A stretch of 64,000 bases of DNA from Thalia democratica (Eukaryota): contig OZ241831.1 of the NCBI GenBank assembly GCA_965202585.1, positions 36,828,001-36,892,000 of the forward strand. Reading direction: 5' to 3'. Below are positions 1-12,470 of the stretch, piece by piece (position 1 is the first letter of the stretch; each line of letters opens with the position of its first letter). The translations under genes and the position numbers were made by a program. The notes under the pieces are model-generated. The model was not told the DNA's origin. It did not search any database and saw only the letters and a list, made by a program, of their open reading frames with translations.

Positions 1-102
1 AGTTTTCTTTTGCTACATTAAAGCAAGTTTCAATTGAAGAATAAATGTTTTTGTGTTCACATATGTATATTATAAAAAAACTATAATTTTAACACAACTT
101 AC

Positions 103-2328
103 ATTTAAACTTGCGTGAAACCAACTGTGTTTCTTCAAAAGGCTGCAACTCAAAAACTGGATCAATTTTAGAATATATTTCAATGACAGCACTACTAATA
201 GACAATTTTGATTCAACTTGGAAATAATAAGCTTCAACTTCATACCTAAACAATTAATTGTTATGTTTAAGCCAGAATATCATGTTATAATTAAATAACA
301 CACAAAAAAATAACTTACTCTATTTTAACTTTGTCTTTAAGATAACTAATAAGTTTTGCAGCTTTTAATTTACCGTAATTACTAATGTATAAGTGTGGGT
401 ATTTTTCAAGACTTTCCTTTGTTGCTCTAAAATGAATATCAGTGTAGAGGTCTGTGTTGGGATTAGTAGCTTGTACATAGAATCCATTTTTTGTTTTCAA
501 AGTTTCCAAGTCAACTTCGTATTTCTTTTAATTTCAAATAATATATTTTTTTGATGCGAAAATAGTAAGAAAAAAGTTGAGTAAACAAATTTAGGCAAGA
601 CTGTTCTTTGTATTTAACAAAAACTTTTTAATATTTTTCATGATACTAAAAACTATTTTAGGTATTGTATAAACTACAGAGTAATTTAATAAAATGTTAA
701 GCGTACATGCATTGTACTGTTAAAGTTTAGCTATTTATAACAAGTTAAATATATTTTAAGCAAAATGTTTTTGATATGAATAAAAGCTTAGAACTTAAGT
801 AACACGTAAAAAAGCGCTTTAACTAGTTTTAATAAAAATTTACTTATTTTATAAACTGTTTATCTACGTTTTAACAAATGTTAATTCATTTAATTCATTA
901 ACACATGTTAACTCTGCATTGCTTTGAGCTTAGATGAGGTACTAAAACTTCAAAATAATTCTCTAATATAATTGTGTAAATATCTTATATCTCATATTTT
1001 TTAGATAAAATTAAAAATGTGTAACTTCTTACCTCTGTCGAAAACTGAGGAGGTTTTAAATAAGAAGGTGTCAGAAAAATTTTCATTTCAACTTCCGTTC
1101 CATTACTATCTTTAGCTTGAAGATACATCAAGTCACCATGGTTTGGAGATTCTTGTTCTGCATAATTTAAATAATAAATTTAATATACTTTTTATAAGTT
1201 CTAATGTAACTGAAAATAAAGTATTTAATTCAGTGTATATCTTTATTTAATTTAAACAGCATTTACCCATGCTTTCGTTCAGCTGTAATTGATAAACACC
1301 ATCTCCAATGTCTACTAAAGAGAGCTTCTTATAGTTTCCAATAAAACTAACTTGAATACCTTTTCCTGTTTTTTAAATTTTTTTAAAATGTGTTCTTAAG
1401 ATATAATTGCTAAAATAATAATTTAAATATCTAAAGTATTTTCCTATATAAATTTAAATAAAAAAAAATATTTACCTTAAAAATCTTTCTTTGTACTAAA
1501 GAGTAAAGTTAATAGCTATTGCTATAGTTAATAAGAAGTTATTTATAACTTCAGTAAAACTTAAAATAGTTAAAAAAATCAGCGTAACATAAAAAGTGTA
1601 TGTAAGAATAGGGTATTCGTTTATTTGAAAAACTCGATCGTAAAACTTATTTTTTAGATTTTTACTAAGTTAAATACTAACTACCCTGATATCAACTTAA
1701 TGATAAAATATATCAAAATTTATTTATTATTATTTGATGATATAAAACATTTTATATAAAACTTAACTTCAAATTTGCACAATATACTGTTACAAATAGC
1801 AATAGAAACAATATACTTATAATGTTTTGATTTATTAGTTTTACTCAAAAAAATAAAAAAAAATTAAAAAATACTATTTAATTTAGTTTAGACTGTTCAA
1901 TGAAATAATATGCAAACAAGTGTTTAAACCAGTATTTCAAAAACCATTAAGATAAGATACAAAGACATAAGTTAAACTTATTATGTTTTGTTTTAAGTAT
2001 TAATAGGTCATTCTTACGGAAATATTGCAGTTATAATTATTTTTTTAGTTTTTACAGCAAAACGTTTCAATTTATACTTTACGTCATTTTCAATACTTTA
2101 TAAAAACAGAAAATAAAAAAACAACTTTTCTTCTATATCTAATGCAATACCTTTTAAAGTAAACTTTGGACCAAATATTAATCCTTCTTTGCCACCTGTA
2201 GGTACGTCTACTGTTGTAATGCATTTTGAATCGTCTTGTTTGCCATGAACACACGAGTTGATGCTTAACCCATTCGCATGTATGATTCCAACAAGAAATA
2301 TAAATACCAATATATTTAACTTTATCAT
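103..2328 (-). CDS. Secreted or membrane cadherin-repeat-like protein, first five exons; 3' end runs off the window
   Basis: Phase-consistent GT-AG exons 2328-2151, 1365-1267, 1157-1033, 524-319, 245-103. The translation starts with a signal peptide (MIKLNILVFIFLVGIIHANG). Cadherin-like strand patterns follow: LYLQAKDSNGTEVEMKIFLTPSYLKPPQFSTEKYEVDLE (read LMYLQAKD), FYVQATNP, IEYEVEAYYFQVESKLSISSAVIEIY. Family call is by motif resemblance, not a search. Confidence 0.7.
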
Positions 2329-5300
2329 ACTTAACACTGTTTGTAAAATTAAAAAAAACTTTTAGAGTTTTGGCTGTGTAAAAAAGAGTGTTCACAGCTA
2401 GTTATATATACAAGAGCTAATACTTTTCTTCAAGTCAAACATAGAATTTTTTTTTGTAAAACATCTATGAAGTTAAATCCATAAACTTAAATAAAAATTA
2501 ACCTAGGAAAAGTAAAACATTAACCACGAATTTTAGTGTTTTTTAAGGTTAAAATATTTTAGTTTTTAAGTTTTCTCATTAAGTTTATTTTAGAAAATAT
2601 TTTCATTTTTTACTAAAAAAAATAACGAAATTGATAATATTCAAGGTTTTAAAACTAACAAAAAAAAAACTAACAAACAAGCATACTAAACTTCATTAGA
2701 TAATAAAATTAAAAATGATGCAATCTACTAAAAAAATGATTTTGCTATTTGAATTAATGATTACATAAATGTTAGTAAGTTATTATTCTTTTTAGATTTA
2801 TGTTAATTTTTTTATTGATAAAGTATGTATTAAACTACCAACAACAAGCGCCATTCAATTAACAAAAGTGTTGAAAAGGAAGCAAATCTTTCTCTCATAC
2901 TAACACAAGTAAACTGACACTTTTTAACTATAACACTAAAAAATTCATCCTTTTTACGTTTTTCTCTCATTTGTTTCGCCTTTTTCACTTAACTTTAACT
3001 TGACGTAATGCTAAATCTACCCAAAAATTTCTTCAATAATGCTAACTTTGTTGGATTAAAGTAATTTTCTATGTTTTCTATTTTTTCACATTCTGTTTTG
3101 TACATTTTGTTGTAATGAAATGTTAACAACACCGAAACGCTTTATTACTAAAATCATAATTAAAGTTGTATTTTTAAGTTATTTTTTAGATATTTTAAAC
3201 TTTACCTTAAATGTTGAACATCTGAACTAACAATTTTTTTAATAACAAAAAAATATTATAGGCAAATAAATTCTTAAGGTATTAGCAGCTGTTTTCAATG
3301 AAAACAAAGTATTTAAATGCATTTTTTTAACATAAAGTAATGTTAAATACTAATGTTCTAAATCGTAAGTGAGTTTTTACTAAATCATGAAAAGCTTAAC
3401 AAAACATACTAAGTAAACTAGTACTTTGAAAATAAAATAATTTCTAAAGCTATACTAGAAATGTAACGTAGTATACAGCTCATATCTACAACTAAACGCT
3501 TCAAGTAAATTTTCACCTAATAAATCTTGTTAGGAGTTGTTAACGCTTGAATAAGTATTCTAGAAAAGCTTATCGGTAAGTTGATCTGCTTACTGAAAAA
3601 AGTTTACCGCGTTGTTAGTACTCGTTACCTTTCATTGGACTTGGTTGCATTTATATACTTAACATAATCATAAGTCATGTTACATGTTTTAATATAAAAA
3701 TGACTAAAAATAGTGTGACACTAAAAAGTATCAAAACTAATTTTTGTAGTATTTTTTGTTTTTTTTATCTTAGTTAGATAATAAGAATGCTAAATATTAA
3801 AGTTATTACAACTAACAATTGTCACATAACAAGTACTTAACAAATATTTTTTTGTGTACGCCTTTACGGATTTTGCGTCAAGTTTAAATTTTGGTCAATT
3901 AGTTTTAATTTGGAAGCTAAAAAAAATAAACTTAAGACAAAGTTCTAACTATCAATAAAAACAAAATAAAATTGTTCTAATCTGACTGCAATAACAAACT
4001 CTTACAATATTTTAATATATCTTTTAGTTTGCATGTAGTTTTTTAATGCTTATTTTTGTGTAAAGATGATTTGTACAACATATTTTTGATTAATCTACTT
4101 TATGTCTTACAAATTTGTAACTCATTACATTATATTTAACCAATTTGTATATTTGCTGTTTTAACATTAGTAAGGTTAAAAACTAAATCAATTATAAAAA
4201 ACATAACAAATTTAGATGCAGTTGAATTATTTATTATAAAAAACCTTTCAAATTTCCTTAGTAATGAGTTCATAGTTTTCATGGCTAAATAAAAAAATAA
4301 ACAATTACTTTAAAGAACGAGCATAATTTAGAACTTAAAAACTTATAGCTACTTTTGAAGTTAAAAAACAAATTTAAAAAAATTATTTTTTGTTATATTT
4401 AATCAATAAAAAACTTTCTATAAATACATCAAATTTTTATTCAACGAAACATTAAAATTATCACTATTGTTTAGTATATAACAGAAGATGCGTAAAAAAG
4501 TTGTTTTGCCTTAAGTGTTTTTCACATAACTTAATCAAATCGAATTAACAATATCTGTTCTTTGCTTGTTAAAAAGTAAAACAAATCTGTAAGCAAAACA
4601 GCTGAACTTTCAAAAACTAAGCACACTTTAAGTTTTTTTTAAATTATGTTAAAATTTACAGACTAAAAACCAGTTTTTACAATTTTACTTAGTATGCTTA
4701 TATCTTTATCAAAAATGTTTGTCAGACTGTAAATAACTTTTTAATAAACTAATTTAGATTATTTCTTCAAGAACTACTTTATTGATTAAAAAACTTACAA
4801 ACTAAACTTTCTTAATTATTTTAAAAACATTAGTTTTTAAAAATAGACAGATTTATTCAAAGTAAGATAAAAATAATCTTATCTTATTTTGACAGCGTAT
4901 ATGAATCCTATCGAACTGACATTGTAAGGCCTGAAGTCTTTTTCACAAAACTTTATTAATTGTTCTCAAAATATATAAGAGCACATTTAGCTTGTAAAAA
5001 ACTAAATAAAATATTATGTTATCGTGAAAAATATGAAGTCGCGCCTTTTAAAACAAACAGTCAAAAGCAAAAAGTTTACGGTTTTCAGAAGTTTAATGTT
5101 TATTTACGACTGGTAAAAATTGTTTTCATTTGATTTTTTTGAAATTTGATTCGAAATTTAAGTAAAAGCGCAAAAAATTTAAGCGCAATAAAGTAAAACT
5201 GTTGTTTGACAAACTGCCAGCTTAAAAAGACAATAAAAAGTTTCGAGTTGTTAATTAGTTTTCAAATAAACATGAATCGGTATTAAAAATGTTCTTCTAG

Positions 5301-6487
5301 CTCAATTAAGCGCGAAAAAGTTAGCAAAAGATGGGAATTTTTATTAGAATATACAGGCGAATGCATATTGTGTGACCAAATTTATGATAACTAAAATCAA
5401 AAATTTAAAAGTAGAATGGTTTAATTATATTTTTAATTGACTAAGTTTGTATACAAAAAATTTAAACAAAATTCAAATTTTAATAAAGTTTCAGAAAGAA
5501 ACATATATAACTTTGATAATTGGACTTTGTTTCATATTTTGAACTACTTATTTAGATATTAGAGTGCGTTTTTTATATTATTTTGGTATGATATTTTTAT
5601 TAGCTTCCTGTTTTAAAAATAAAACTAGCTAGAAAAACAGTAATCTAAGTTTAATATATCAAAATTTTTAATGATATGATCTATGAAACAATAAGTTAAA
5701 GCAGTTTTGTTTTATTTTCTTCAACACAAATAGTGTTATTCTTTTTAAGCAAATTAAGTTAAGCAAATTTTGTTTTATAAATTATGCTTCAGATAAATTA
5801 AACATCTATTTTTTGATTATTAAAAACTAATACAGTTTGAATTTCATATTTGATATATAAATCAATGACATTAGACCTTACACTAATCACAGACCTTAAA
5901 GAACTCCAAATTACAAAAATTTCTTAAGACATTAACAAACTATATTGTACAAAAGCGCAACGAAAAAAAGCATTAGACATGAGCTCCCGAGCAACATCAA
6001 GCGATTGTAATATAAATAACGTTACGATGTTTTCTAATATAGGTATATATTTCATTTAAATTACTTAAATGTTCTTAACAACTAGTACATTGGTAAAAAT
6101 GAACGGTAAATGTTTGTTAGACCACAAGCATTTAAGCTAGTACCTTCGTATTTTAATGTTAGTTTTGTGAAACTTTTGAAAACAAAAAAAAAAAATCGTT
6201 TTGAAATACTTAAATTTTGCAATCTCATTTTTAATTTCTACTGAATTTTTGTAGCATTAATAATGAAAGATAAACGCTTAGTTAATGATTAAATTGATCC
6301 TGATTGGGGGTAACTGACAAAACTAAAAAATTTAGTTTGTATAAATAAGTAAAATCTTGTAGTTTAGCTGTAAAACTTAAACTTTACGTAACTTTGCTTT
6401 TGTTTATTTTTGTTTTAATTAATTATTTTTTGAGTATTTAAGTTATGTTTTGATAATAAAATAAGGTTAATTCCAAAACTAGGTAAT

Positions 6488-6815
6488 ATGTTTTTATTAT
6501 GAAATAAAAATACAATATACTTCTTACTAATTTATTGAAATAAAATCAGATCTTAACTGTTTCTTTGTAATACAATGATACTTGTCTTACAGTAATATTT
6601 TAATTTAGATGCGTTACAAGGAGAATAGTTTGATTTATGTTTCATTATATCTTAATGTTTTTATTATGAAATAAAAATACAATATACTTCTTACTAATTT
6701 ATTGAAATAAAATCAGATCTTAACTGTTTCTTTGTAATACAATGATACTTGTCTTACAGTAATATTTTAATTTAGATGCGTTACAAGGAGAATAGTTTGA
6801 TTTATGTTTCATTAT
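6488..6815. repeat. Tandem duplication, two apparently identical 161-bp units (period 167)
   Basis: 6488-6648 and 6655-6815 read the same (atgtttttattatgaaataaaaatac...gatttatgtttcattat). Confidence 0.95.
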
Positions 6816-9800
6816 TATTCAATTACAAAAGAAATTATTTAGAACAAAAACATTTAAATTTCATGTATTTGCTTTAATATATCTAGTTAGGTTACTTAAG
6901 TCAAAATAAGTTTTCAAACTAAAAAGTTTTTGTTCTTCGAAATGTTAAAAACCAAAAAAAAAATAACTTCTTTAAAATTAAATTAATATGTATAAAATTC
7001 TGTAAAAAACATAGTTTAATTTAAATGCACACTTTGCTTAGAGACTCATTTACTTTGCAACATTGAATCTTACATATTTAACTAAACTGGTTTAAAAAAA
7101 CTTTAAAATTAAACGTCAACTATGTTAAAAACTTAAGTACTCAGGCTGATTTAAAAAAATACTTAAATCATAAATATATGCTTTTAAAAGTATCTTAAGT
7201 TTTGCTTCATACCCAGCTATAACGAAATAACTTTGTTTTATAGGCTTCATAATAATTAATAAGAACTATAAGAACTTAAACTAATCTGCTTTAAAACATT
7301 TTCAAAATTTATACAATTACTAATTTAGTTGATTATAAATTTAATTTAATTAGTTAATAAATACTCCTTAGTCTATAAATATAGATAACTATATTTAATA
7401 GCTTAATTTTTTTAGTAGCTAAAACAAGTTAACATGTTTTAAACTTAATTTAAGAGTCTGGAGAATAATTGTATGTAAAGTTTGAAAATTTTTATAGTAA
7501 CATAACAATTAAACTTTTACAAACTTTAAACGTGTAAAACTTTTTAAAAATCGTATATCTAACTTTTTTTATCGATTATGTGAACTTAAAGTTTAAAAAT
7601 ATTTGAAATAATAGTAACATTGTTTTCGTACAACATACAACTAGCGTTTTTTGACCTTAACAGGTTTCACAAAGTTCACTTGACTGCAAATATAGAACTA
7701 AAAACAATTAAATGCTGAAAAACGCAACAATTCATCAATACCCTATAAACAAATTTCAGTTGCATACTTGATTATTAATAGTCTAAACAGTTTAATTATA
7801 AAAGTTTATTAAAAGTATAGAAAAATTTTTGAATTGTGATATTTTCAAAAGCACGATTTCAATAAACTTCCGTTTAACAAACTTTCTTTATGGACTTATA
7901 AGTAAAAAACTTATGAACACTTATTTTTAGGAACAATTCGTTATAACATAACTACTATATAATTTAAAAAAATATAAACTTTTATTCAAAAATTTTACTT
8001 ACAATATTTTCTTTTTTAAAGTTTGTAAAAATATATAAGTTTTCTTTAACAAATTAAACATAATTCGGAAAGAGTTGCCTATTTTTGTCAACTGCAATTG
8101 AAAATGAATTCGTTCAATGTGAAAAGTAACTTCGTTTTAAAACTATAACTTCATAAATCAGAAAACTAGTAAATGTTTAGTTTCAATACTAAATTTACAA
8201 TACGTTCGTTTCAAAATATACTCTTTATACTATACTTTTATTTTTATTAAAGTCAAACGTATAAATGTTTTACTTACTTTCAGTTTTACTTGTCACTATA
8301 AATTCTACTTACTTTCTATTTAATTTACGTAAAATTTGAGTTGATAAATTCAAACTTAAGAATATAATGTCCTTCTCTATATTATATTTTTTTAGGAATT
8401 AAGACAACCTATCATTAAGATTAAAAGCAAATATAAAGCAGTTTTATGATAGAATGTATAGTTTATTTTCGTTTAAACTGTTGGACAAAGAAATTTAAAA
8501 GCTAATCAAAACTTCATATTGGTTTACAAGTTATTAATAAAACATTACGTATTTGATTTTGAGGTCACGTAAACTAAGAGGTAAATTTTTGTAGGAGTGG
8601 AATAAAAAATAATTAAGGCAATGCATAGATACATTATTTTATAATGATTTACTTTGAAGGGTATGTAACAAAATAATAATATTATTTAATATCTGAGTCT
8701 ATAATTTTTCAAATGCAGGAATTACTATATTTAATATAAGTTTACTATTTTTGTAATTTGATTCAATTTGGTTAAGGAAGGTTTGATAACAAAGTATTAG
8801 TTCTAAAATTTATGTAAAATACATGTATAAATAGTACCTAGTTATTTTCTTATTTACTATAATTTTTAAACTTATGCTTTTAAAGTTTTTCATTTTCTTT
8901 ATAAAAAATAAAATCCGCTGCTAAACAAAGAACTAACGAAAATTGTTCTTCGATACCTTAACTTTAAATTTAAACTTATTAAATACAAAACCAATATTTT
9001 TCTATTTATTATTATTATATATTTTAACTAAGTTCAGCACCTGATGGTGTAAGTTAAATCAATTCAACACTGAAATGTATGTCTTTTTTTAATTAGCTAG
9101 TCATATCTGGAATTTTAAATTTTAAATAAGTACTATGTTATAGCTCGGTTATATAATATTCATGATGCTATATAAAAACGTAGAAACATTTTTCTTTTAA
9201 AATTTAAAAACTATACATTTACTTATTAAGTTGTTCATTAACTAAACTTAATAAGCTTTAAAGTGTTATTTGATTATTACAAAATTTAATAACAGTTATA
9301 AAATTATTCATATCTAACTTACTAAACTTACTGTGCAATTAAAACAACGAAGATAATATCATTTAGTAAGTTATTATAAAACTAAAACATAATAGTAAAT
9401 AAGTCAAGCTGCTAAAACAATTAACAATCTTCAACACAACATGCTTAACAAAGTATTTATAAACATTCTCTGTTTAATGATAAAATAAACAAGTGCATGT
9501 GAAGTTTAAAAATTGTAAACAAAAATGCATCCATTTGTTTATACTTGTATTAAAACTTTTACCGTGTGAAACATTATTTAAGCTACATAATTGTAAACTT
9601 AAATTTTTAGATGAACAATGTATTTATGCCCTTTGAAAACATAAAACTTACTAAAGCGTCTCTAGAACTTTAGCTTAAAATAGTTAAATGAAAATAATTT
9701 AGGCAATTAATTTAAGGATTTTCAAATTTTCGTTGTTTATGTGTAAACAAAAGATATTCAATTTATTTTTATAGGTAAGTTTTACAAAAAAGTATACGTT

Positions 9801-11542
9801 AAAGTAGAATTGGAGACTTAATGATTATGTTTTCAGTATCGTGGATTTATTTTGTTTCGTTTTATTCATAATTAAACATTAAAATATCACTAGAATATTA
9901 AAAAAAAAGACCAAAAAGTATAAAAAATAAACTGAATTAACAAAAAGAAAAAAGTTGTTGGCTTTTATCTTTTCTTGAAAAATAAACTTACAATCCTAAA
10001 AGATTTAACATTTTTAATTTTAGTATGAATTAACTTAACACTATTATCTTTTTGCTTATATTATACTAGTTGACAATGTAGTTAAAAAAAAACATAAAAA
10101 ATCACATTATCTAATTTACCGAAAGTATTTAATATTCCTTACGTTAATGCTAAATACTTATTATTACAAGTTTAACTAAAAGTAGGCTTTCTTTAACTTG
10201 ATAATTGCGCTTTGTTTAAATGAAAATAAAGTTTAAAATGAGTATTATATAGGTAGTTTTTTATTCGAATTAAAAACTATTATGAATTAATAAAAAAGAA
10301 TACTAGTGTTGCTTTAATACACTTCCAAAAAACAAATCTAAAGTACATCACAAGGCTTAATACAATTAACTCTTTAAATGAGTAATTTTAAGCGTTAAAT
10401 ATTGAATAACAGCAACAATTAGAAGCTCACTATAGACTTAAAATTTTTATAATAAGCATATTTAAAATAACTTAAGTTTAGGGTAATTAATAGTTATTTT
10501 GAAATTGATCGCGCTACTTGTATATGTAACTCATATTTTTAGTTTGCCTTAATGTTAAAAGTTTTTTTTTTCTTGATATTTAAAAAGATATATTCTAAAA
10601 ACTTTAACTTAAACTCAATTCTGCAAAAGTAAAAAAAAACTTTTAAGTTGTTTAAAACTGTATAATTAATTACATATTAGAACTCATTAGGCTTTAAAAA
10701 ATATTGTATCGTACTTAAAAACAAAAACTTAATACTACTAAGAATACCTTTACAGTTGAAAAAATTTTTTGAAAACATTGTTTAAACAATTTTCAGATAG
10801 TACTCAGATACTGCTACCAATAATATATAAACAGTTTTGTATTTATAGTAAAGTTAGAATTTTATGAGTAAAATTAAACAATAATTCACAAATTAAGTTG
10901 TGAAGTCTTTAATTTAAATATATATAAACAGTTTAACTAATTATGGAAAACAAAATTTTACTAAGTTAATTAGATATCATTAACACTTAAAATTTTTAGT
11001 GTTTTATTTATAAACAAAGCTAGTTTTTATGTTTTAATAATTGTTTTAAATGAAATGATTTAAGAGGTTTTTTAATAGAACTTAACGAAATATGTACTTC
11101 ACAAAAGTGAATACTAACCTTACACTCTTGTTATTATAATGAAGTATAAGAATTAGACTGGCTAAAACAAAAACTAATATCAACAAATTTTAGTACTATT
11201 GTAGGGTTTTAGTATTGTGTACAACCATACTAAAAACCATAATTGTATTTATAACTAACTTATACTAAACGCTAATACTAATCATTAAATAATACTAAGG
11301 CCTTCTCTGTAAACACCTAGGCACGACATAAATGAACATATTGTATTTAAGAACAATTTCAAAGACTTACAAAAAAACAAAGAGCATTATACTTTAGAAA
11401 ATTATTTAAATGTTGACAAAACTTTTACACATGATTTAATATAGCAGGAATATACTTTAGAATTTATAAAACAAATTAAAGTATAACTACTTAAAATGTA
11501 AATAAAAAAATACTTATAAAAAGCAAGATCACTAAAAATAAT

Positions 11543-11861
11543 AGGGTTGATCACGCCAATTCGATCATCAGACCACAAGTTTCGGTAGACTGAGACCGGT
11601 TTCGTCCTTATTAGGACTCATCAGTCAGTCACAACCGAAAAACATGTAGTCGTCAATCTACAAACAGTTTATCATGCTTTCACATGAATCAACTATTTGC
11701 TAGCAATGATCAGTGACGTCAGCATTGTCATTTGCCATGCAACGTTTAAAACATTGTCCACTAAGCAAGACATCTGGCACGCTCGTTTTAGTACGAGCTT
11801 GTCTCACGGCAAACGAAAGTCCAGGCTTCTGCTCTGCTGACTTTCGCCGATGTTTTTTGTT
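11543..11861 (-). mobile_element. 319-bp hammerhead-bearing non-autonomous retroelement insertion (Penelope pLTR or retrozyme-like)
   Basis: GC-richer island flanked by the 16-bp direct repeat gatcactaaaaataat (11527-11542 and 11862-11877). It contains a complete minimal hammerhead. About 65 bp of it recurs inverted at 56226-56290. Confidence 0.75.
11588..11630 (-). ncRNA. Minimal type I hammerhead ribozyme
   Basis: Minus strand reads GACUGA-CUGAUGA-GUCC(UAAUAA)GGAC-GAAA-CCGG-UC-UCAGUC: perfect 6-bp stem I, intact core, 4-bp stem II, palindromic ACCGGU stem III and a GUC cleavage triplet. Confidence 0.9.
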
Positions 11862-12374
11862 GATCACTAAAAATAATTTATACAATACAAGAAAACAATA
11901 TAAATGTATATTCTGGAGTATTTACTGCATCCAGGCTGTTGCTAAAACACTTTAACCACTCTCTGTGGCTGGTTAATATAACAATGTTCTTAACTTTAAT
12001 CAACATTACATCAGGAATTTCTTATCTGCTCTTTATTTTCTCTGTACCTTAACTTGCATCAGTATGACACTTGACCTTGAAAGCTTTCTTAAAACGCTTG
12101 GACGAACAAGTGTTTAAGCTCAAAGTTTCTACTTAAATTCAAGTGCAATTTGATACCCTTTAACTGTGTGTTTAAAGAAATTTTATTAAATACACTTTAG
12201 ATTTATAAGGCAAAACAATAGTCTAACTTTTTTTACTCATGTATACTAAGCTAATTTGTGATATATTTGTATTAAAATATCATTGTACTTAACAAGTCTT
12301 TAATTTCTAAAACATTGCTATTCTTTACTTAGTTGTGTTATAGTTGTCAAATTATTTTTGCTTTCTTTTTTTGA

Positions 12375-12470
12375 TAGGACTTAAAATGTTTGGTACTAGA
12401 ACCTGGTGCACAAAAAAACCTTTCAGTTGCCATGTCGCCCACTACAGATACCTTTTAACGTCTTGTCTAG
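12375..12470 (-). repeat. Dispersed ~95-bp repeat family, copy 1
   Basis: Aligns by eye with 16391-16480 (same orientation) and 61371-61465 (inverted); shared core ctggtgcac....aacctttc. Confidence 0.65.

Noticed and set aside
2830-5400. Slightly GC-richer patches at about 2830-3140, 3480-3660 and 4870-5400
   Set aside because: Interrupted frames with no recognisable motif or termini; probably old repeat debris that cannot be classified from sequence alone.
11700-11955. Two overlapping ORFs of 61 and 80 aa
   Set aside because: They straddle the edge of the hammerhead insertion, have no splice support and show no recognisable domain.
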